DNA from: an uncultured Verrucomicrobiota bacterium
Lineage (GTDB): Bacteria > Verrucomicrobiota > Verrucomicrobiia > Limisphaerales > UBA9464
Length of the DNA: 64,000 nucleotides
Assembly (NCBI GenBank): GCA_903925515.1
Contig: CAIYFP010000056.1
Coordinates: forward strand, 924-64,923
Reading direction: 5' to 3'
Below, one piece after another: positions 1 through 10,721 of this stretch. The notes beneath the pieces are model-generated. The model was not told where the DNA came from and made no database searches. It worked only from the letters and a program-made list of their open reading frames with translations. Positions within the stretch are counted from its first letter, which is position 1. Each line of letters opens with the position of its first letter. Both the position numbers and the translations under genes were made by a program.

Positions 1-720
1 GCCGACCCGACCGAGTGGAACCTGCGGGGACTTACCGACTGGGTGAACATCAACTTCCCCGTCGGCCTGCCTGAGGATTCCCTCATTGATGTCGCCCGCT
101 CGGGCAAGGACCTCCCCGTCCAAGGCTCCCTCTACGACGGCCTCAAGGAAGGCCAGCTCGCGCTCGTCAGGCACCTCGGCAAGTCCATCCGAGACGCGTA
201 TGACCTCAAGGTCTCCTTCGAGCGTCCCGAGGCCCTCGCATCCGTCGAGCGCTACACCATCCTCGCCGCCATCGATCGGCTCTGGCAGGAGCACCTCTAC
301 ACGATGGATTCCCTCCGCTCCTCGATCGCCCTTCGGGCCTATGGCCAAAAGGATCCCCTCATCGAGTACAAGGCCGAGGCCTTCAAGCTGTTCAACGACC
401 TCATGGTCAACATCAAGACCGAGATCTGCCACAACATCTTCCGGTCCGCCTCCTCCCTCATGGCCTTCGAGCAGTTCCTCGTCAACCTGCCCAAGCTCCA
501 GGTCCACCAGTCGGCCCCTGCATTCGGCGGCGATACCTCGGGCGCCGACCCCCTGCCAGGCCCGGACCCCGCCAACCCGGGCGGCGAGCTGGTCTCCCAA
601 GCCGCCGCCGAACTCGAAAGGGCCAAGGCTTCTCCCGTGCGGTCCACCTCCCATGTCGGTCGCAACGACCCTTGTCCCTGCGGCTCCGGCAAGAAGTACA
701 AGCAGTGCTGCGGGCGATAG
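1..720 (+). CDS. secA: Preprotein translocase SecA, C-terminal part (5' end lies outside the window)
   Basis: Frame 1 is open from base 1; the track's 'M' at 43 is an internal GTG. The protein ends ...[19 protein letters not shown], the SecA zinc-binding tail. It is preceded by [33 protein letters not shown], typical of the SecA C-terminal helical region. Confidence 0.9.
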   Translation, partial: ADPTEWNLRGLTDWVNINFPVGLPEDSLIDVARSGKDLPVQGSLYDGLKEGQLALVRHLGKSIRDAYDLKVSFERPEALASVERYTILAAIDRLWQEHLYTMDSLRSSIALRAYGQKDPLIEYKAEAFKLFNDLMVNIKTEICHNIFRSASSLMAFEQFLVNLPKLQVHQSAPAFGGDTSGADPLPGPDPANPGGELVSQAAAELERAKASPVRSTSHVGRNDPCPCGSGKKYKQCCGR

Positions 721-833
721 CACCGCCGCCTGCAAACCCGGTCGCCTCGCAAGGTGCCTGCCCTCATCCTCGCCACGCCGGAAACGCCCTGATTCTCCCC
801 TTCCCGTGCCCCGCCGGGCGGCAAGGCGTGCCC

Positions 834-1949
834 TCAACCATGGGCGCGCGCCCGCACCAGCCGCCCATAAACCTCCCCATGGCGCGCCGCCACCGCCCTC
901 GCACATCGCCACGCCACGCTCTGCCGGATCTCCGCCCCACCCGCCATGCGCGCTCGCCCACGCAACACGTCCTCGAGTCGCCGTGACAAGTCCCCGGCAT
1001 CCCCGGGCCGGAACAACAATCCCGTCACGCCGTCCCGGACGATGTCCACGTTGCCGCCACTGGCAGACACCACGGCCGGCAATCCCATCGCCATGGCCTC
1101 GATCAAGGCGACCGAGCACGGCTCGTTGGTTGAGGGAAGCACGAAGAGGTCCGACCCGGCCAACACCCCCTCGATGTCCCCCGTCGCCCCCGGAAAATCC
1201 ACCTGCCCCTTCAATCCCCGCGCAGCCACCAAGCCCGCCAGTTCCCCCGCAAACAATCGCGCGTCCGCATCGTCCGGAACCGGCCCCCAGACCGTCGCAC
1301 GAACCCGTCTCCGGAGCTCCGCCGGAAGGAGGGCCACGGCTTCCACCAGCAGGTCCCAGCGCTTCCAACGCACAAGGTTCCCCACCCCCACAAGCCGAAC
1401 CTGACCTCCCCAAGACGTGCCCGGCTCGCCTAGCGGGACCTCGAAGAAACGATCAGCGCCGCATTCGGAGACCAGCTCCACCCCGGCGACCCCTCCCATG
1501 CCGTAGTGCCTCGCTTGGTTCGGGGTCAGCAGGATCGTCGTGAGCCCCGGCGTGTCAGCCACCCGCCGGTACATCTCGGTTCGCCGGGCATAGGCATGAT
1601 TGGTGAACACCGAGGGCCATCCCGACCGCGCCATCCACGACGACAACAGCAAGGCACCCCGGGAATGCCCGTGCACCACGTCGATGGACCGCCGCCGTAC
1701 CCAGCGCCGCAGGCCCGGCCACGCACACGCCGCCGAAATCAGGAGCCGCAGGTGCGACGAGGATTCCCCAAGGGCAAACCTCGACTCCACCACCTCAAGG
1801 CGCGGCGAGCGAACCTGCACGAAGCCTCGCCTCATCCAAGTCAGGTGTTCCCAGCCCATGGCCTCACCGTGGGAAGCCACGCCCCGGATTGTGGACAAGA
1901 TCCCCCCGTTGTCCTCCAACGCCCCGACAAGGTGCAGGACACGGCGCAT
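834..1949 (-). CDS. Glycosyltransferase, GT-B fold (family 4-like)
   Basis: I chose the ATG at 1949 (MRRVLHLVGALEDNGG...), 13 nt downstream of the upstream gene's stop, rather than the longer ORF to 2033. The C-terminal EPCSVALIEAMAMGLPAVVSASGGNVDIVRDGVTGLLF is the GT4-type sugar-nucleotide binding signature. Confidence 0.8.
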   Translation of the reverse strand: MRRVLHLVGALEDNGGILSTIRGVASHGEAMGWEHLTWMRRGFVQVRSPRLEVVESRFALGESSSHLRLLISAACAWPGLRRWVRRRSIDVVHGHSRGALLLSSWMARSGWPSVFTNHAYARRTEMYRRVADTPGLTTILLTPNQARHYGMGGVAGVELVSECGADRFFEVPLGEPGTSWGGQVRLVGVGNLVRWKRWDLLVEAVALLPAELRRRVRATVWGPVPDDADARLFAGELAGLVAARGLKGQVDFPGATGDIEGVLAGSDLFVLPSTNEPCSVALIEAMAMGLPAVVSASGGNVDIVRDGVTGLLFRPGDAGDLSRRLEDVLRGRARMAGGAEIRQSVAWRCARAVAARHGEVYGRLVRARAHG

Positions 1950-1962
1950 GGCGTGCGAGCCT

Positions 1963-3576
1963 TCAGGAAACCACCGCCGCACCCGGCTCGCCCCGGCGCC
2001 TGCGCCACCACGGCATGGGCGCCGGCACCGCACGCTCCGCCAACCCGACCTCGGTCGCCATGGCCCTGCGCAGGGCCTCCCGCTCCCTTTGCAAAAGCAA
2101 TTCGTTCACCCCCAAAACCATGCCGAGGTGCAGGCCGAAGGTCTTCATCGCAAACTCGGCGTCACCATGCAGGAAAACGAACACGCCCACCTGCACCACC
2201 CAGAGGGAGGCATTCACGCAGGCCAGCCTGGAAAACACATCCTCGGCCCCGTTCCGCCTCACGTGCAGCAACGTGCGCCCCGCCACCAACGTGCCCGTTG
2301 CCAGCAAGCCCAGCATGCACAACGTGCCCGGCAAGCCCGTGTTCACCAGCAGCCCCACCGGCCCGTTGTAGAAGCGCCCTAGGTGCACATGCTCCGTGAT
2401 GATGCCCCACGGGTCATGCCCGGTGAATGGCACCGGCTCGGTGGACGGTCCGAAACCCCGGCCGCGCCAAAGATAGTACGGCACCAGTTGCAACCCAACC
2501 TCCCGCATGGTCGTCCGGCCCTCCAGCGTGGTTCGCGCATCATCCACGGCCAGTTGGTCCAGTCGGATGCCCGGGAGCACCGCCAACGTTCGCTGGGCCG
2601 CCAGCGGCAAACTTGGGGCGATCGCATACAAGGTCAGCAGCAGCAGCGACCCAACCAGCCCGAACACCACCGCCAGACGAATCGGGCTCCACACTCGCTG
2701 CGCCCATGAGCAGACCCCTAGAAGCCCCGCGAACAGCAGCAACACGCCGCGATGCCCGCCCGGCAGGCCCAAACCCACCGTCATCAACAGCACCGGCACC
2801 AGCCAGACGGCGGAAAGGCTGAACACCTTCCTCAATGGCACCAGAACCAGGATGGCCTGCAAGAGGCCCACTGACACGAAAGCAAAGGACTGGAAACGAC
2901 GGATGCCCGTCATGTCCGAGTTGAACTCGAACAGCAACGCGTCGTTCGCAAGGTCGAGAAAGTAGAACACCCACATCGCCTTTCCTCCCATCGCCAGTGC
3001 CACGTCGGAGATCAGGAAGGTAAGGCTCAGCGACAGGCTCACCATGAACAATCTTGTGAACGTGCCCTCCGCAAACCTTACCAGCAGGAAGACCAGCGGG
3101 AACGATCCGCATGCCAATTGCTGCAGGTACACGCGACCGCCCATCCGGTCGCCTCCCATCACCCTCAGCGCCAACCCATGCGTTCGCATCAGGTAAGCCA
3201 ACACCACCAGGTATCCGGCCACGAATAGGAGCGTCCAACGATATCGACGAATGGCTCCCCAAAAATCCGGGCCGTGCCGCTTCAGGATCAAAGACACCGT
3301 GACTCCAGTCCAACCCAGCAAGGCTGCCGCCTCCCAGACAAAGGGTCGCCCCGGCATCAGCGGCACCATCAAGGCCGAGCCAAACGTCGTCATCCCAAGG
3401 ATGGCACTCAGCCGGACATGGTAGGGCAACGTGGCCATCCAACCCACCACCGCCACCGCCAGCACCAGGAACGGCGTGTCCGACGCCATGAAGAACCCAA
3501 ACACCATCGCGCCGATCAGCAGGGTGGCCCAGACCAGCGCCTTCTGGACCTGCATCTGCGCTTCCATGGGGCTCAT
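1963..3576 (-). CDS. Polytopic membrane protein, O-antigen ligase/polymerase-like (Wzy/WaaL-type)
   Basis: A 537-aa ORF made almost entirely of hydrophobic helices. It sits next to a glycosyltransferase, and its ATG overlaps the gltX stop (ATGA at 3573-3576). The family assignment rests on topology and context only. Confidence 0.55.
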   Translation of the reverse strand: MSPMEAQMQVQKALVWATLLIGAMVFGFFMASDTPFLVLAVAVVGWMATLPYHVRLSAILGMTTFGSALMVPLMPGRPFVWEAAALLGWTGVTVSLILKRHGPDFWGAIRRYRWTLLFVAGYLVVLAYLMRTHGLALRVMGGDRMGGRVYLQQLACGSFPLVFLLVRFAEGTFTRLFMVSLSLSLTFLISDVALAMGGKAMWVFYFLDLANDALLFEFNSDMTGIRRFQSFAFVSVGLLQAILVLVPLRKVFSLSAVWLVPVLLMTVGLGLPGGHRGVLLLFAGLLGVCSWAQRVWSPIRLAVVFGLVGSLLLLTLYAIAPSLPLAAQRTLAVLPGIRLDQLAVDDARTTLEGRTTMREVGLQLVPYYLWRGRGFGPSTEPVPFTGHDPWGIITEHVHLGRFYNGPVGLLVNTGLPGTLCMLGLLATGTLVAGRTLLHVRRNGAEDVFSRLACVNASLWVVQVGVFVFLHGDAEFAMKTFGLHLGMVLGVNELLLQREREALRRAMATEVGLAERAVPAPMPWWRRRRGEPGAAVVS

Positions 3577-4937
3577 TGTTCACCCCCTTGCCCCTGCGCC
3601 ACCCAACGCGACAACCGCCCCAACACCCGTTCTCGCCCCAGCACCTCCATCAGGTGATACAGGCTCGGCCCCACCAAGCTCCCCGTGCATGCCGCCCTCG
3701 CGGGCTGGGTCAACGCCCCTGACTTGACCCCCAACTCCCCCGCCACCCGCTTCAGCTCCGCCTCCAACGAACCCGCCACAAAGTCCACGCCGCCCCCGTA
3801 CGCCCGCATCAACGCACCAAGGTTTCTCCTTGCCTCCTCGCCAAGCGCCTTCGCCTCAACTTCCACTGCAACCTGCACCGCCTCGTCTGGCTTGAAGTAA
3901 AACCCCGCGAACCCGGCGAGATCCTTGAACAGCAGGCCTTTCTCCCGCGCCGTCAGCAATGCCGCCGCCACGTATCCCTCGTCATGGCCGGACACATCCA
4001 GCCCCGCGCGCCCAAGATACTCCCGGCCCATGCCCACAAACCGCCCCTCATCCATCCGGCGCGTGTGCTCGAAGTGCAACGCCGCCAGCTTCTTGTCATC
4101 AAAACGCGCCGGGCTCCGGTTCACCCGGTCGAGGTCAAACCTCGAAACCAACTCCGACACCCCCAGCAACTCCTTCCCGTCCGCAGGCGACCACCCCAGC
4201 AGGGACAGGTAGTTCACCACCGCCTCCGGCGCGTACCCGTCCTCGATGTAGTTCGTCACCACCGCGCCCTTGTCGCGCTTGCTCATCTTCGACCCATCCG
4301 GGTTCAGGATCAGCGGGATGTGCGCATATCTCGGGGGCTCCACCCCGAACGCGCGGAACAGCGCGATGTGCTTGGCCGTGTTCGACAGATGATCCTCGCC
4401 CCGGATCACGTGCGTGATCCCCATCTCAAGGTCGTCCACCACGTTCACCAAGTGGAACACCGGCTGGCCGTCGCTCCGCACCAGCACCCAGTCCGGGTCC
4501 GCTTGCTCACGGTCCGTCAGCTCCCGGCGCACCTCGCCCACGATCAGGTCCGGGATCGTCACCGCCTCGTGCGTCATCCGGAAGTACACCGCCCCGTCCC
4601 GGTCGTAGGCCATGCCACGGTCGCGCAGCTCCGCCAGCCGACGCCGGTACCACTCGCCTCGGCGGCTCTGGAAATAAGGCCCCCGGTCCCCAACGCTCGG
4701 GCCGTCCGGGTCCGGCGTGCCCGGGCCTTCGTCCCAGTCCAACCCCAGCCAGCGCAACCCCCGCAAGATCACGTCGATCGCCGCCTGCGAGTTCCTCGCC
4801 GAGTCCGTGTCCTCGATCCTGAGTACAAACGTCCCGCCGTGATGCCGGGCGAACAACCAGTTGAACAAGGCCGTCCGGGCTCCCCCAATGTGGAGGTAGC
4901 CCGTCGGCGACGGCGCGAAGCGAACCCGAATCGACAT
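3573..4937 (-). CDS. gltX: Glutamate--tRNA ligase
   Basis: MSIRVRFAPSPTGYLHIGGARTALFNWLFAR carries the HIGH motif. LRIEDTD and DGSKMSKRD (the KMSKS motif) are also present. Confidence 0.95.
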   Translation of the reverse strand: MSIRVRFAPSPTGYLHIGGARTALFNWLFARHHGGTFVLRIEDTDSARNSQAAIDVILRGLRWLGLDWDEGPGTPDPDGPSVGDRGPYFQSRRGEWYRRRLAELRDRGMAYDRDGAVYFRMTHEAVTIPDLIVGEVRRELTDREQADPDWVLVRSDGQPVFHLVNVVDDLEMGITHVIRGEDHLSNTAKHIALFRAFGVEPPRYAHIPLILNPDGSKMSKRDKGAVVTNYIEDGYAPEAVVNYLSLLGWSPADGKELLGVSELVSRFDLDRVNRSPARFDDKKLAALHFEHTRRMDEGRFVGMGREYLGRAGLDVSGHDEGYVAAALLTAREKGLLFKDLAGFAGFYFKPDEAVQVAVEVEAKALGEEARRNLGALMRAYGGGVDFVAGSLEAELKRVAGELGVKSGALTQPARAACTGSLVGPSLYHLMEVLGRERVLGRLSRWVAQGQGGEQ

Positions 4938-4959
4938 CTCCTGCGAGGCTGGCGGCTGG

Positions 4960-6087
4960 TTATTCCGCGTTGACCAACTTCAGCGCCCCGATCCCGCCCG
5001 GGTTCCATGCCGTGAACACGATGTACACCTCCCGGCTCGCGCCGCTCCCCGTCACGTACCAGCACGCATCATGCAGGTGCTGCGCATGCTCATACCCCAG
5101 CTCCTCCTTCGGCTTGATCGTGCTCAGGATGACACGGCGCTTTTTGTCGATCACGTACAGCGGGCCCGGGGTGCCCTTCGGACCGTCCAGACACGCCGCC
5201 AACACGTAGTCCCCCCACACATCCACGTCGCACACCGTGCTGCCGGCCGGCAACTGGTTGTTCTCAAGGAACCCCTTGTCCTTCGGTGACCACACATGCA
5301 CCTGCGCTTCCGGACGCGCCGACACCAAGAGGTTGCCTGTCCCCGCATCAAACGTGATGCCGTGCGGCGTGCCCGACATCTTCTTCCCGCCAAGGAACTC
5401 GCCCCGGAACTTCAAGGGCTCGACGTCCGCAGGCATGAAGTAGGCCTTCCCATACCCGTCCGTCACCCAAACCGTGCCCCCGGGCGCAAAGGCCACGTCC
5501 GTCGGCGCATAGCCCTTGCCGTCGGCGTAGGGCCCGCCGGGCGGGATGCGCACCTTCGCGGCGGTCTTGAAGCTGGTGTCGCTGACGTAAACCTCCCCCT
5601 CCACGTTGTCAGCCGCCGCCACGAGCGGTCCCTTGCCCTTGCGGCCCATGATGTCCGCCCCGTGCAGGTTGCCCTTCTTGAACGCCGGGTCGCCGTCCAC
5701 GACCCACGACTTCATGAGTCGCTCCCCAAACCCAACCCATCCCACGTTCTCAAGGCCCCAGTACACCACGTCCTTCTCCCGGTCCACGATCACCGTGCCA
5801 TGCGCCCCCTTGATCAAGGGCAACGCCTCGGCCGGCACCGGCACCGCCCCCACCACCGGCGTGAACGTCCAGTATCCTTGGCCCGAAACCTGGAGCTCGC
5901 TCCGCTTTGCCTTCGGCCCGCCCACCTTCACCGGCCCCTTCTGGTCCACCACGAACGGCATCGCCGCAGCCGGTTGCGGCCCCGCGCTGGCCTTTGCAAC
6001 CTCATGCGCCCCGGCACGCCACCCGCACCCCAAGGCCAATCCCGCCACGCCAACCGCCGACCAACTCGCCCATGAACGCATCCTCAT
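4960..6087 (-). CDS. Secreted/lipoprotein beta-propeller-like protein (NHL/YncE-like), function unknown
   Basis: The start is trimmed to the ATG at 6087 (MRMRSWASWSAVGVAGLALGC...), which gives a signal peptide with a lipobox-like LALGC. Repeated strand-rich segments (GTVWVTDGYGKAYF, GNLLVSARPEAQVHVW, GDYVLAACLDG) suggest a propeller. The upstream 122 codons of the ORF are R/W-rich junk. Confidence 0.5.
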   Translation of the reverse strand: MRMRSWASWSAVGVAGLALGCGWRAGAHEVAKASAGPQPAAAMPFVVDQKGPVKVGGPKAKRSELQVSGQGYWTFTPVVGAVPVPAEALPLIKGAHGTVIVDREKDVVYWGLENVGWVGFGERLMKSWVVDGDPAFKKGNLHGADIMGRKGKGPLVAAADNVEGEVYVSDTSFKTAAKVRIPPGGPYADGKGYAPTDVAFAPGGTVWVTDGYGKAYFMPADVEPLKFRGEFLGGKKMSGTPHGITFDAGTGNLLVSARPEAQVHVWSPKDKGFLENNQLPAGSTVCDVDVWGDYVLAACLDGPKGTPGPLYVIDKKRRVILSTIKPKEELGYEHAQHLHDACWYVTGSGASREVYIVFTAWNPGGIGALKLVNAE

Positions 6088-6203
6088 GCGCCAAACCCTC
6101 CCAAAATCTTCCCGGGCTAACCAACCCCAAAATCGGACCCGGCACGAAACCTTTCCCAAGGTTGCCCATCGCTTTCGCCGAACGCCTGTGGCATGACGAC
6201 ATC

Positions 6204-7967
6204 GTGTCCCCCACCTCCACGACATGGCGTCAGCCATGGCTTTTGATTGCAGCCCTTCTCGCCTGCTCCACCGCCTCGGCCGACGAGGCGCGACGCCCGG
6301 CCGGAGACAACAACCTCCGGTTTTGGCTCCATTCCATGGTCGCGGAACACGGCTACTCCACCCAAGAGGCCGCCGACGCCACCGGCATGTCCCACGCCGA
6401 GGTCGCCTCCGCCCTCCAACGCCTTGCCATCCCCTCGCAACCCTCCAAGCCAAACGGCCTGCTCAAGGTCCTCCCGTACCCCGGCGGACGCCACCCGCGC
6501 CTCGGATTTCTCGACGGCGCCGTCCGGCCCCAGCGCGACACCAAGCTCAGCGTGTTCGCCCCATGGGATGGCGGGGGATACGTCGTCATCGACGTCCCCG
6601 AGGCCGTCTGGTCGTCCCATGGCCTCACTTACCTTGCCCACTCTCACATCCCCACCGTCTGGGAACGTGCCGGCGTCCAGCTCCCGCCTGTGGAGTGGAG
6701 CCATCGCGCCGACGGCTCATGGCAAATGCTCCGCGTGCTCCCCAACGGCGTCGCCATCGGTGCCCGCGCGCGAGCCCACAGGGAGCACGTGGCCCTTCGT
6801 TGGTGGGTCCGCAACGGTTCGTCCAACACCCTCGGCAACGTCCATGCCCAGGTTTGCGTCATGCTCGGTCGCGCCACCGGCTTCGACCTCCAGTCCTCTA
6901 GCAACAAGGTCATCGATCCGCCCTTTGCCGCCGCCTCCACACCCGACCAGCGACGTTGGGTCGTCACCGCATGGGACGCTCTCCAGCGAACATGGAGCAA
7001 CCCACCCGTGCCCTGCATCCATTCCGACCCGCGCCTCGGGGACATCCCGGTGGGCGAGACACGCGAGGCCCGCGGATGGCTTTGGTTCCATGAAGGCACC
7101 AACCTCGTCGCCGAGCTCGCACGCCTTCGCCGCGACTTCCTCGCCAGCCCCGCCCCCGCCCCCGACCGCCTCCTGCCCATCCCCGACAAGCTCGTCGTCC
7201 TTACCTTCGACGACTCCGTCCGGTCCCTTCACGAGAACGTCCGCCCGATTCTCAAGGAGGCCGGCTTTCATGCGTCGTTCTTCATCACCGAGGGTTTCTC
7301 GTTCCTGACCAACAAATCCGACTACATGACATGGCGGCAGGTTGCCGAGCTGCACCACGACGGGTTTGAGGTGGGCAACCACACCCGAAGCCACACCGGG
7401 GTCGCCGCCGAGTCCCTCGGCCGACTCCATGGCGAGCTCGCCCACATCTCGGAACGCTGCATGGAGAACGGCATCCCACGCCCCATCAGCTTCGCCTACC
7501 CCGGCAACGCCATCCATCCCGGCGCCCTACCCATCCTCGCCGCACATGGCGTCCGCTTCGCCCGTCGGGGCGCCCAGCCCGAGTTCGCCTACGAGTCCGG
7601 CCGCGGCATCGCCTACGATCCCGCACACGATCATCCGCTCCTCATCCCCACCACCGGCGACGCCCGCCCGACATGGACGCTCGAAAACCTCAAGGCGGCG
7701 GTCTCCATGGCCCGCGACGGCAAGGTCGCCGTGCTCCAGTTCCATGGGGTACCCGACCGCGAGCATCCGTGGGTCAACACCCCCTTGGATCGGTTTCGCG
7801 AGTACGTGGCATGGCTCAAGGCCCAGGGCTACCGGTGCATCGCGCTCCGGGACCTCGCCCGCTACATCGACCCGTCGGACGCGCCGGCCGCACCATGGGA
7901 TGTCATCAACCAACGCGTCGCAATCCATGCTGCCGCCCCGTCGGTGAACCTTCCAAGGCCCCGGTGA
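6204..7967 (+). CDS. Secreted protein with C-terminal polysaccharide deacetylase (NodB-type) domain
   Basis: The listed ORF (from 5907) overlaps the divergent gene. A GTG at 6204 gives (M)SPTSTTWRQPWLLIAALLACSTASA, a signal peptide with a lipobox-like LLAC. NodB motifs are VVLTFDDS and GNHTRSH. The ~330-aa N-terminal part is not recognised. Confidence 0.7.
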   Translation: MSPTSTTWRQPWLLIAALLACSTASADEARRPAGDNNLRFWLHSMVAEHGYSTQEAADATGMSHAEVASALQRLAIPSQPSKPNGLLKVLPYPGGRHPRLGFLDGAVRPQRDTKLSVFAPWDGGGYVVIDVPEAVWSSHGLTYLAHSHIPTVWERAGVQLPPVEWSHRADGSWQMLRVLPNGVAIGARARAHREHVALRWWVRNGSSNTLGNVHAQVCVMLGRATGFDLQSSSNKVIDPPFAAASTPDQRRWVVTAWDALQRTWSNPPVPCIHSDPRLGDIPVGETREARGWLWFHEGTNLVAELARLRRDFLASPAPAPDRLLPIPDKLVVLTFDDSVRSLHENVRPILKEAGFHASFFITEGFSFLTNKSDYMTWRQVAELHHDGFEVGNHTRSHTGVAAESLGRLHGELAHISERCMENGIPRPISFAYPGNAIHPGALPILAAHGVRFARRGAQPEFAYESGRGIAYDPAHDHPLLIPTTGDARPTWTLENLKAAVSMARDGKVAVLQFHGVPDREHPWVNTPLDRFREYVAWLKAQGYRCIALRDLARYIDPSDAPAAPWDVINQRVAIHAAAPSVNLPRPR

Positions 7968-8206
7968 CCCACCCCGTGCGGCGAAGGCCTGCCGGGAAGC
8001 CCCGGCCCCACGAGCGCCGGGCGCGCGCCCCTCATGATGGAGGACCATGGGGCCGCCCCCACCGAGGGGGCGGTCCTGGGGGCGGATGCATCCCCGGCCA
8101 TGGCTGGATTGTACGCACCCGTACTAAAGGGTTGCGGCCATGACGCTCCCGCAGCATCGTCAATGCAGTTTTCGTTGCCGTTTCTTCGCCCTTCTTGCGC
8201 CTCGCC

Positions 8207-10612
8207 ATGAATGCTCCCGCCGCCCCGCCCCGCCACATCTCCCGGTTCCTGCCGGTCCTCGCCTGCCTCGTCGCACTCGCCTTCTCCCCCCTCTCCTCCC
8301 TCTCGGCCCCGGTCTCCGGCTGGCTCAATTGGCGCGGCCCTCATCACAACTCCGTCTCCACGGAAACGTCCCTGCCCTCCAAGATCGATGCCTCCCAGCC
8401 CCTCTGGTCCGACAACTTCCCCGGGCAAAGCGCGCCGGTGATCGCGGACGACCGCCTCTACATCAACGGCTACCTTGGCGACGGCCCCGAGCTTCAGGAG
8501 GTCGTTCGCGCCTACGACGCCGCCACCGGCAAGGTCCTGTGGGAACATCGTGAGAGCGACTTCCTCTCCGACACCATCTACCTCCGCTACGCCACGTCCT
8601 CCCCCTCCGTCGATCCGGAGACCGGCAACGTTTATGTCCAGTTCACGCAAGGCTTGCTGTGCGCTTTCACCCGCGACGGCAAGCTTCTCTGGAAGCATTC
8701 CATGATGGAGGAGTTTGGCCGCCTCACCTTCCCCAACTCGCGCACCGCCTCCCCTGTCGTGGACCGCGAGCTGGTGATCACCCGCGGCATCACCAGTGCA
8801 TGGGGTGCCCACGGCCCGGCAGGCGATCGCTTCTATGCCTTCGACAAGCTCACGGGCGAGCTCGTCTGGAGCGCCGCCCCGGGCGACCGCCCCCAGGACA
8901 ATACCTTTTCCAACCCCTACCTCGACATCTGGGACGGCAAGCGCGTCCTCTACAGCGCGGGCGGCGACAGCTCCATCCTCGCCCTGAATGCCCGGACCGG
9001 GGAACCCCTCTGGCGCTTCCCCTTCGCCAAGGCCGGCGCCAAGGGCGGCATCAATGCCGCCCTCGTCCGCAGCGGCGACAACCTCGTCGCCCTTCACGAG
9101 TCCGAGAACCTTGACTCCTCGGAGATCGGGCGCATGGCCGCCTTCCGCATCCCGTCGCCGTCCGAGGTCAAGCCCACCAACTCCATCACGCCTCACGTCT
9201 TCCCCCCAAAAACCTTCGAGGTCTGGCGCAACGCCGTGGGCTCCCTTGCCAGCTCGCCCGTCGTGGTCGGCAACCGCATCTACGAGGTTAACGGCACCGG
9301 CGAACTCTGTGCCGTCGATGCCGCCACCGGCCGCGTCCTCTGGAAGAGGAAGATTGGCATCGAGCAACGCCAAAGCACCCCCTTCCACGCCAACGGCCTC
9401 CTCTACGTCGCCATGTACGTCTCCATGAAGGACGCCAAGGACGCCGCTTCCGCCGACGCCGACTCGGTCTCCAACGGCGACCTCATCGTGCTTCGGCCCT
9501 CCGACGACGGCGCCGAGGAAATCAGCCGAACCCAGCTCACGGGACGTTGCTTCGGCTCGCCCATCGGATTCGGCGGCGTCCTCTATGTCCAAACCGACAA
9601 GAAGCTCTACGCCTTCGGCAAGCCCGCCACGCCGCCCCCGGCGCCGGTCGCCACCCCATGGCCCACCCCCGGTTCCCCCGCACAGCTTCAGATCATCCCC
9701 TACGAGTTCCTCCTTCGTCCCGGCCAAACCCAGTCCTTCCGCGTTCGCTCCCTCGACGCCAACGGCTTCACCGTCGAGTCCAGCCTCGACGCCAAGTCGC
9801 TCAAGTGGGAGCCCTACGTGCCCCCGACCGCCCTCGTCCGTGCCTTTGCCAACGCCAAGTTCAATGATCAAGGCCAGCTCGTGGCCACGCCGGCCCCGGC
9901 CGCCAGCGCGGGCCAGTTCAAGGCCACACTCAAGACCGCCGACGGCCGCGAGATCGTCGGCTACATCAAGGGACGCATCCTCCCCGCTCCCCCGCTCAAG
10001 TTCGACTTCCAGCAGATTGCCCTCACCAACAAGACCACCAACACCGTCGAGCCCCCCACCGACTTCGCATACCCGCCTCTCCCGTGGAACTCCGCGCGCT
10101 TCCGCTTCGAGGTCCGCGCCAAGGAACTCGACGGCATGGCCACCAACGCCGCCTTGGTCAAGACCATCGACAACAAGCTCTTCCAGCGCGGCCAGGTCTT
10201 CTTCGGATTCCCCACACTCTCCAACTACACCATCCAGGCCGACGTCCTCAGCGAGGGCAACCGCCGCAAGATGTCCGAGGTCGGCATCATCAACCAGCGC
10301 TACGCCGTCATCCTCAAGGGCAATTCCCAGGAGATCGAAATCAACTCCAACCAGGAACGCATCAAGGTCTCCCAGCCCTTCCGCTGGTCGCCCAACGCAT
10401 GGTACGTCGTGAAGTCCAAGGTCGAGCTCCAGCCCGACGGCGCCGCGCTCGTCCTTGGCAAGGCATGGAAACGAGGCGATCCCGAGCCCGCCGACTGGCT
10501 CATCCGCTTCACCCACAAGAATGGCCACCAACAGGGCTCGCCCGGCCTCTTCGGCTTCGCCCCACAGGAGCAACGCGTCGCCATCGACAACATCGTCGTC
10601 ACCCTCAACTAG
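8207..10612 (+). CDS. Secreted PQQ-like beta-propeller repeat protein with C-terminal lectin/glucanase-like domain
   Basis: The ATG at 8207 gives MNAPAAPPRHISRFLPVLACLVALAFSPLSSLSA, a signal peptide; the track start at 8195 is TTG. It has recurrent 'D-x-x-T-G-x-x-L-W' repeats (AYDAATGKVLWEH, FTRDGKLLWKH, FDKLTGELVWSA, LNARTGEPLWRF, VDAATGRVLWKR). Confidence 0.75.
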   Translation: MNAPAAPPRHISRFLPVLACLVALAFSPLSSLSAPVSGWLNWRGPHHNSVSTETSLPSKIDASQPLWSDNFPGQSAPVIADDRLYINGYLGDGPELQEVVRAYDAATGKVLWEHRESDFLSDTIYLRYATSSPSVDPETGNVYVQFTQGLLCAFTRDGKLLWKHSMMEEFGRLTFPNSRTASPVVDRELVITRGITSAWGAHGPAGDRFYAFDKLTGELVWSAAPGDRPQDNTFSNPYLDIWDGKRVLYSAGGDSSILALNARTGEPLWRFPFAKAGAKGGINAALVRSGDNLVALHESENLDSSEIGRMAAFRIPSPSEVKPTNSITPHVFPPKTFEVWRNAVGSLASSPVVVGNRIYEVNGTGELCAVDAATGRVLWKRKIGIEQRQSTPFHANGLLYVAMYVSMKDAKDAASADADSVSNGDLIVLRPSDDGAEEISRTQLTGRCFGSPIGFGGVLYVQTDKKLYAFGKPATPPPAPVATPWPTPGSPAQLQIIPYEFLLRPGQTQSFRVRSLDANGFTVESSLDAKSLKWEPYVPPTALVRAFANAKFNDQGQLVATPAPAASAGQFKATLKTADGREIVGYIKGRILPAPPLKFDFQQIALTNKTTNTVEPPTDFAYPPLPWNSARFRFEVRAKELDGMATNAALVKTIDNKLFQRGQVFFGFPTLSNYTIQADVLSEGNRRKMSEVGIINQRYAVILKGNSQEIEINSNQERIKVSQPFRWSPNAWYVVKSKVELQPDGAALVLGKAWKRGDPEPADWLIRFTHKNGHQQGSPGLFGFAPQEQRVAIDNIVVTLN

Positions 10613-10721
10613 CCTCCCCTTCCATCCTTGAATGCACTCGTCCCGACATCCGTCCCCAAGCCACCGTCGGCGCTCGTCGCATCTTCATCCCCTTCAACGT
10701 TCGCATAAACACTCGTTCAAC

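Noticed and set aside
86-1543. 485-aa P/S/R/T-rich + strand ORF overlapping secA and the glycosyltransferase
   Set aside because: It is an out-of-frame or antisense read of real genes with an extreme low-complexity composition.
5907-6203. N-terminal 99 codons of ORF 5907-7967
   Set aside because: This part overlaps the divergently transcribed propeller gene and is P/R-rich. A GTG at 6204 yields a proper signal peptide instead.
7862-10573. 903-aa minus-strand ORF (and the similar 887-aa ORF 13385-16048 and 818-aa ORF 31054-33510)
   Set aside because: These are antisense to well-supported genes (PQQ propeller, DUF1553/DUF1501, DUF2723). Their translations are low-complexity G/E/D/A/R-rich sequence.
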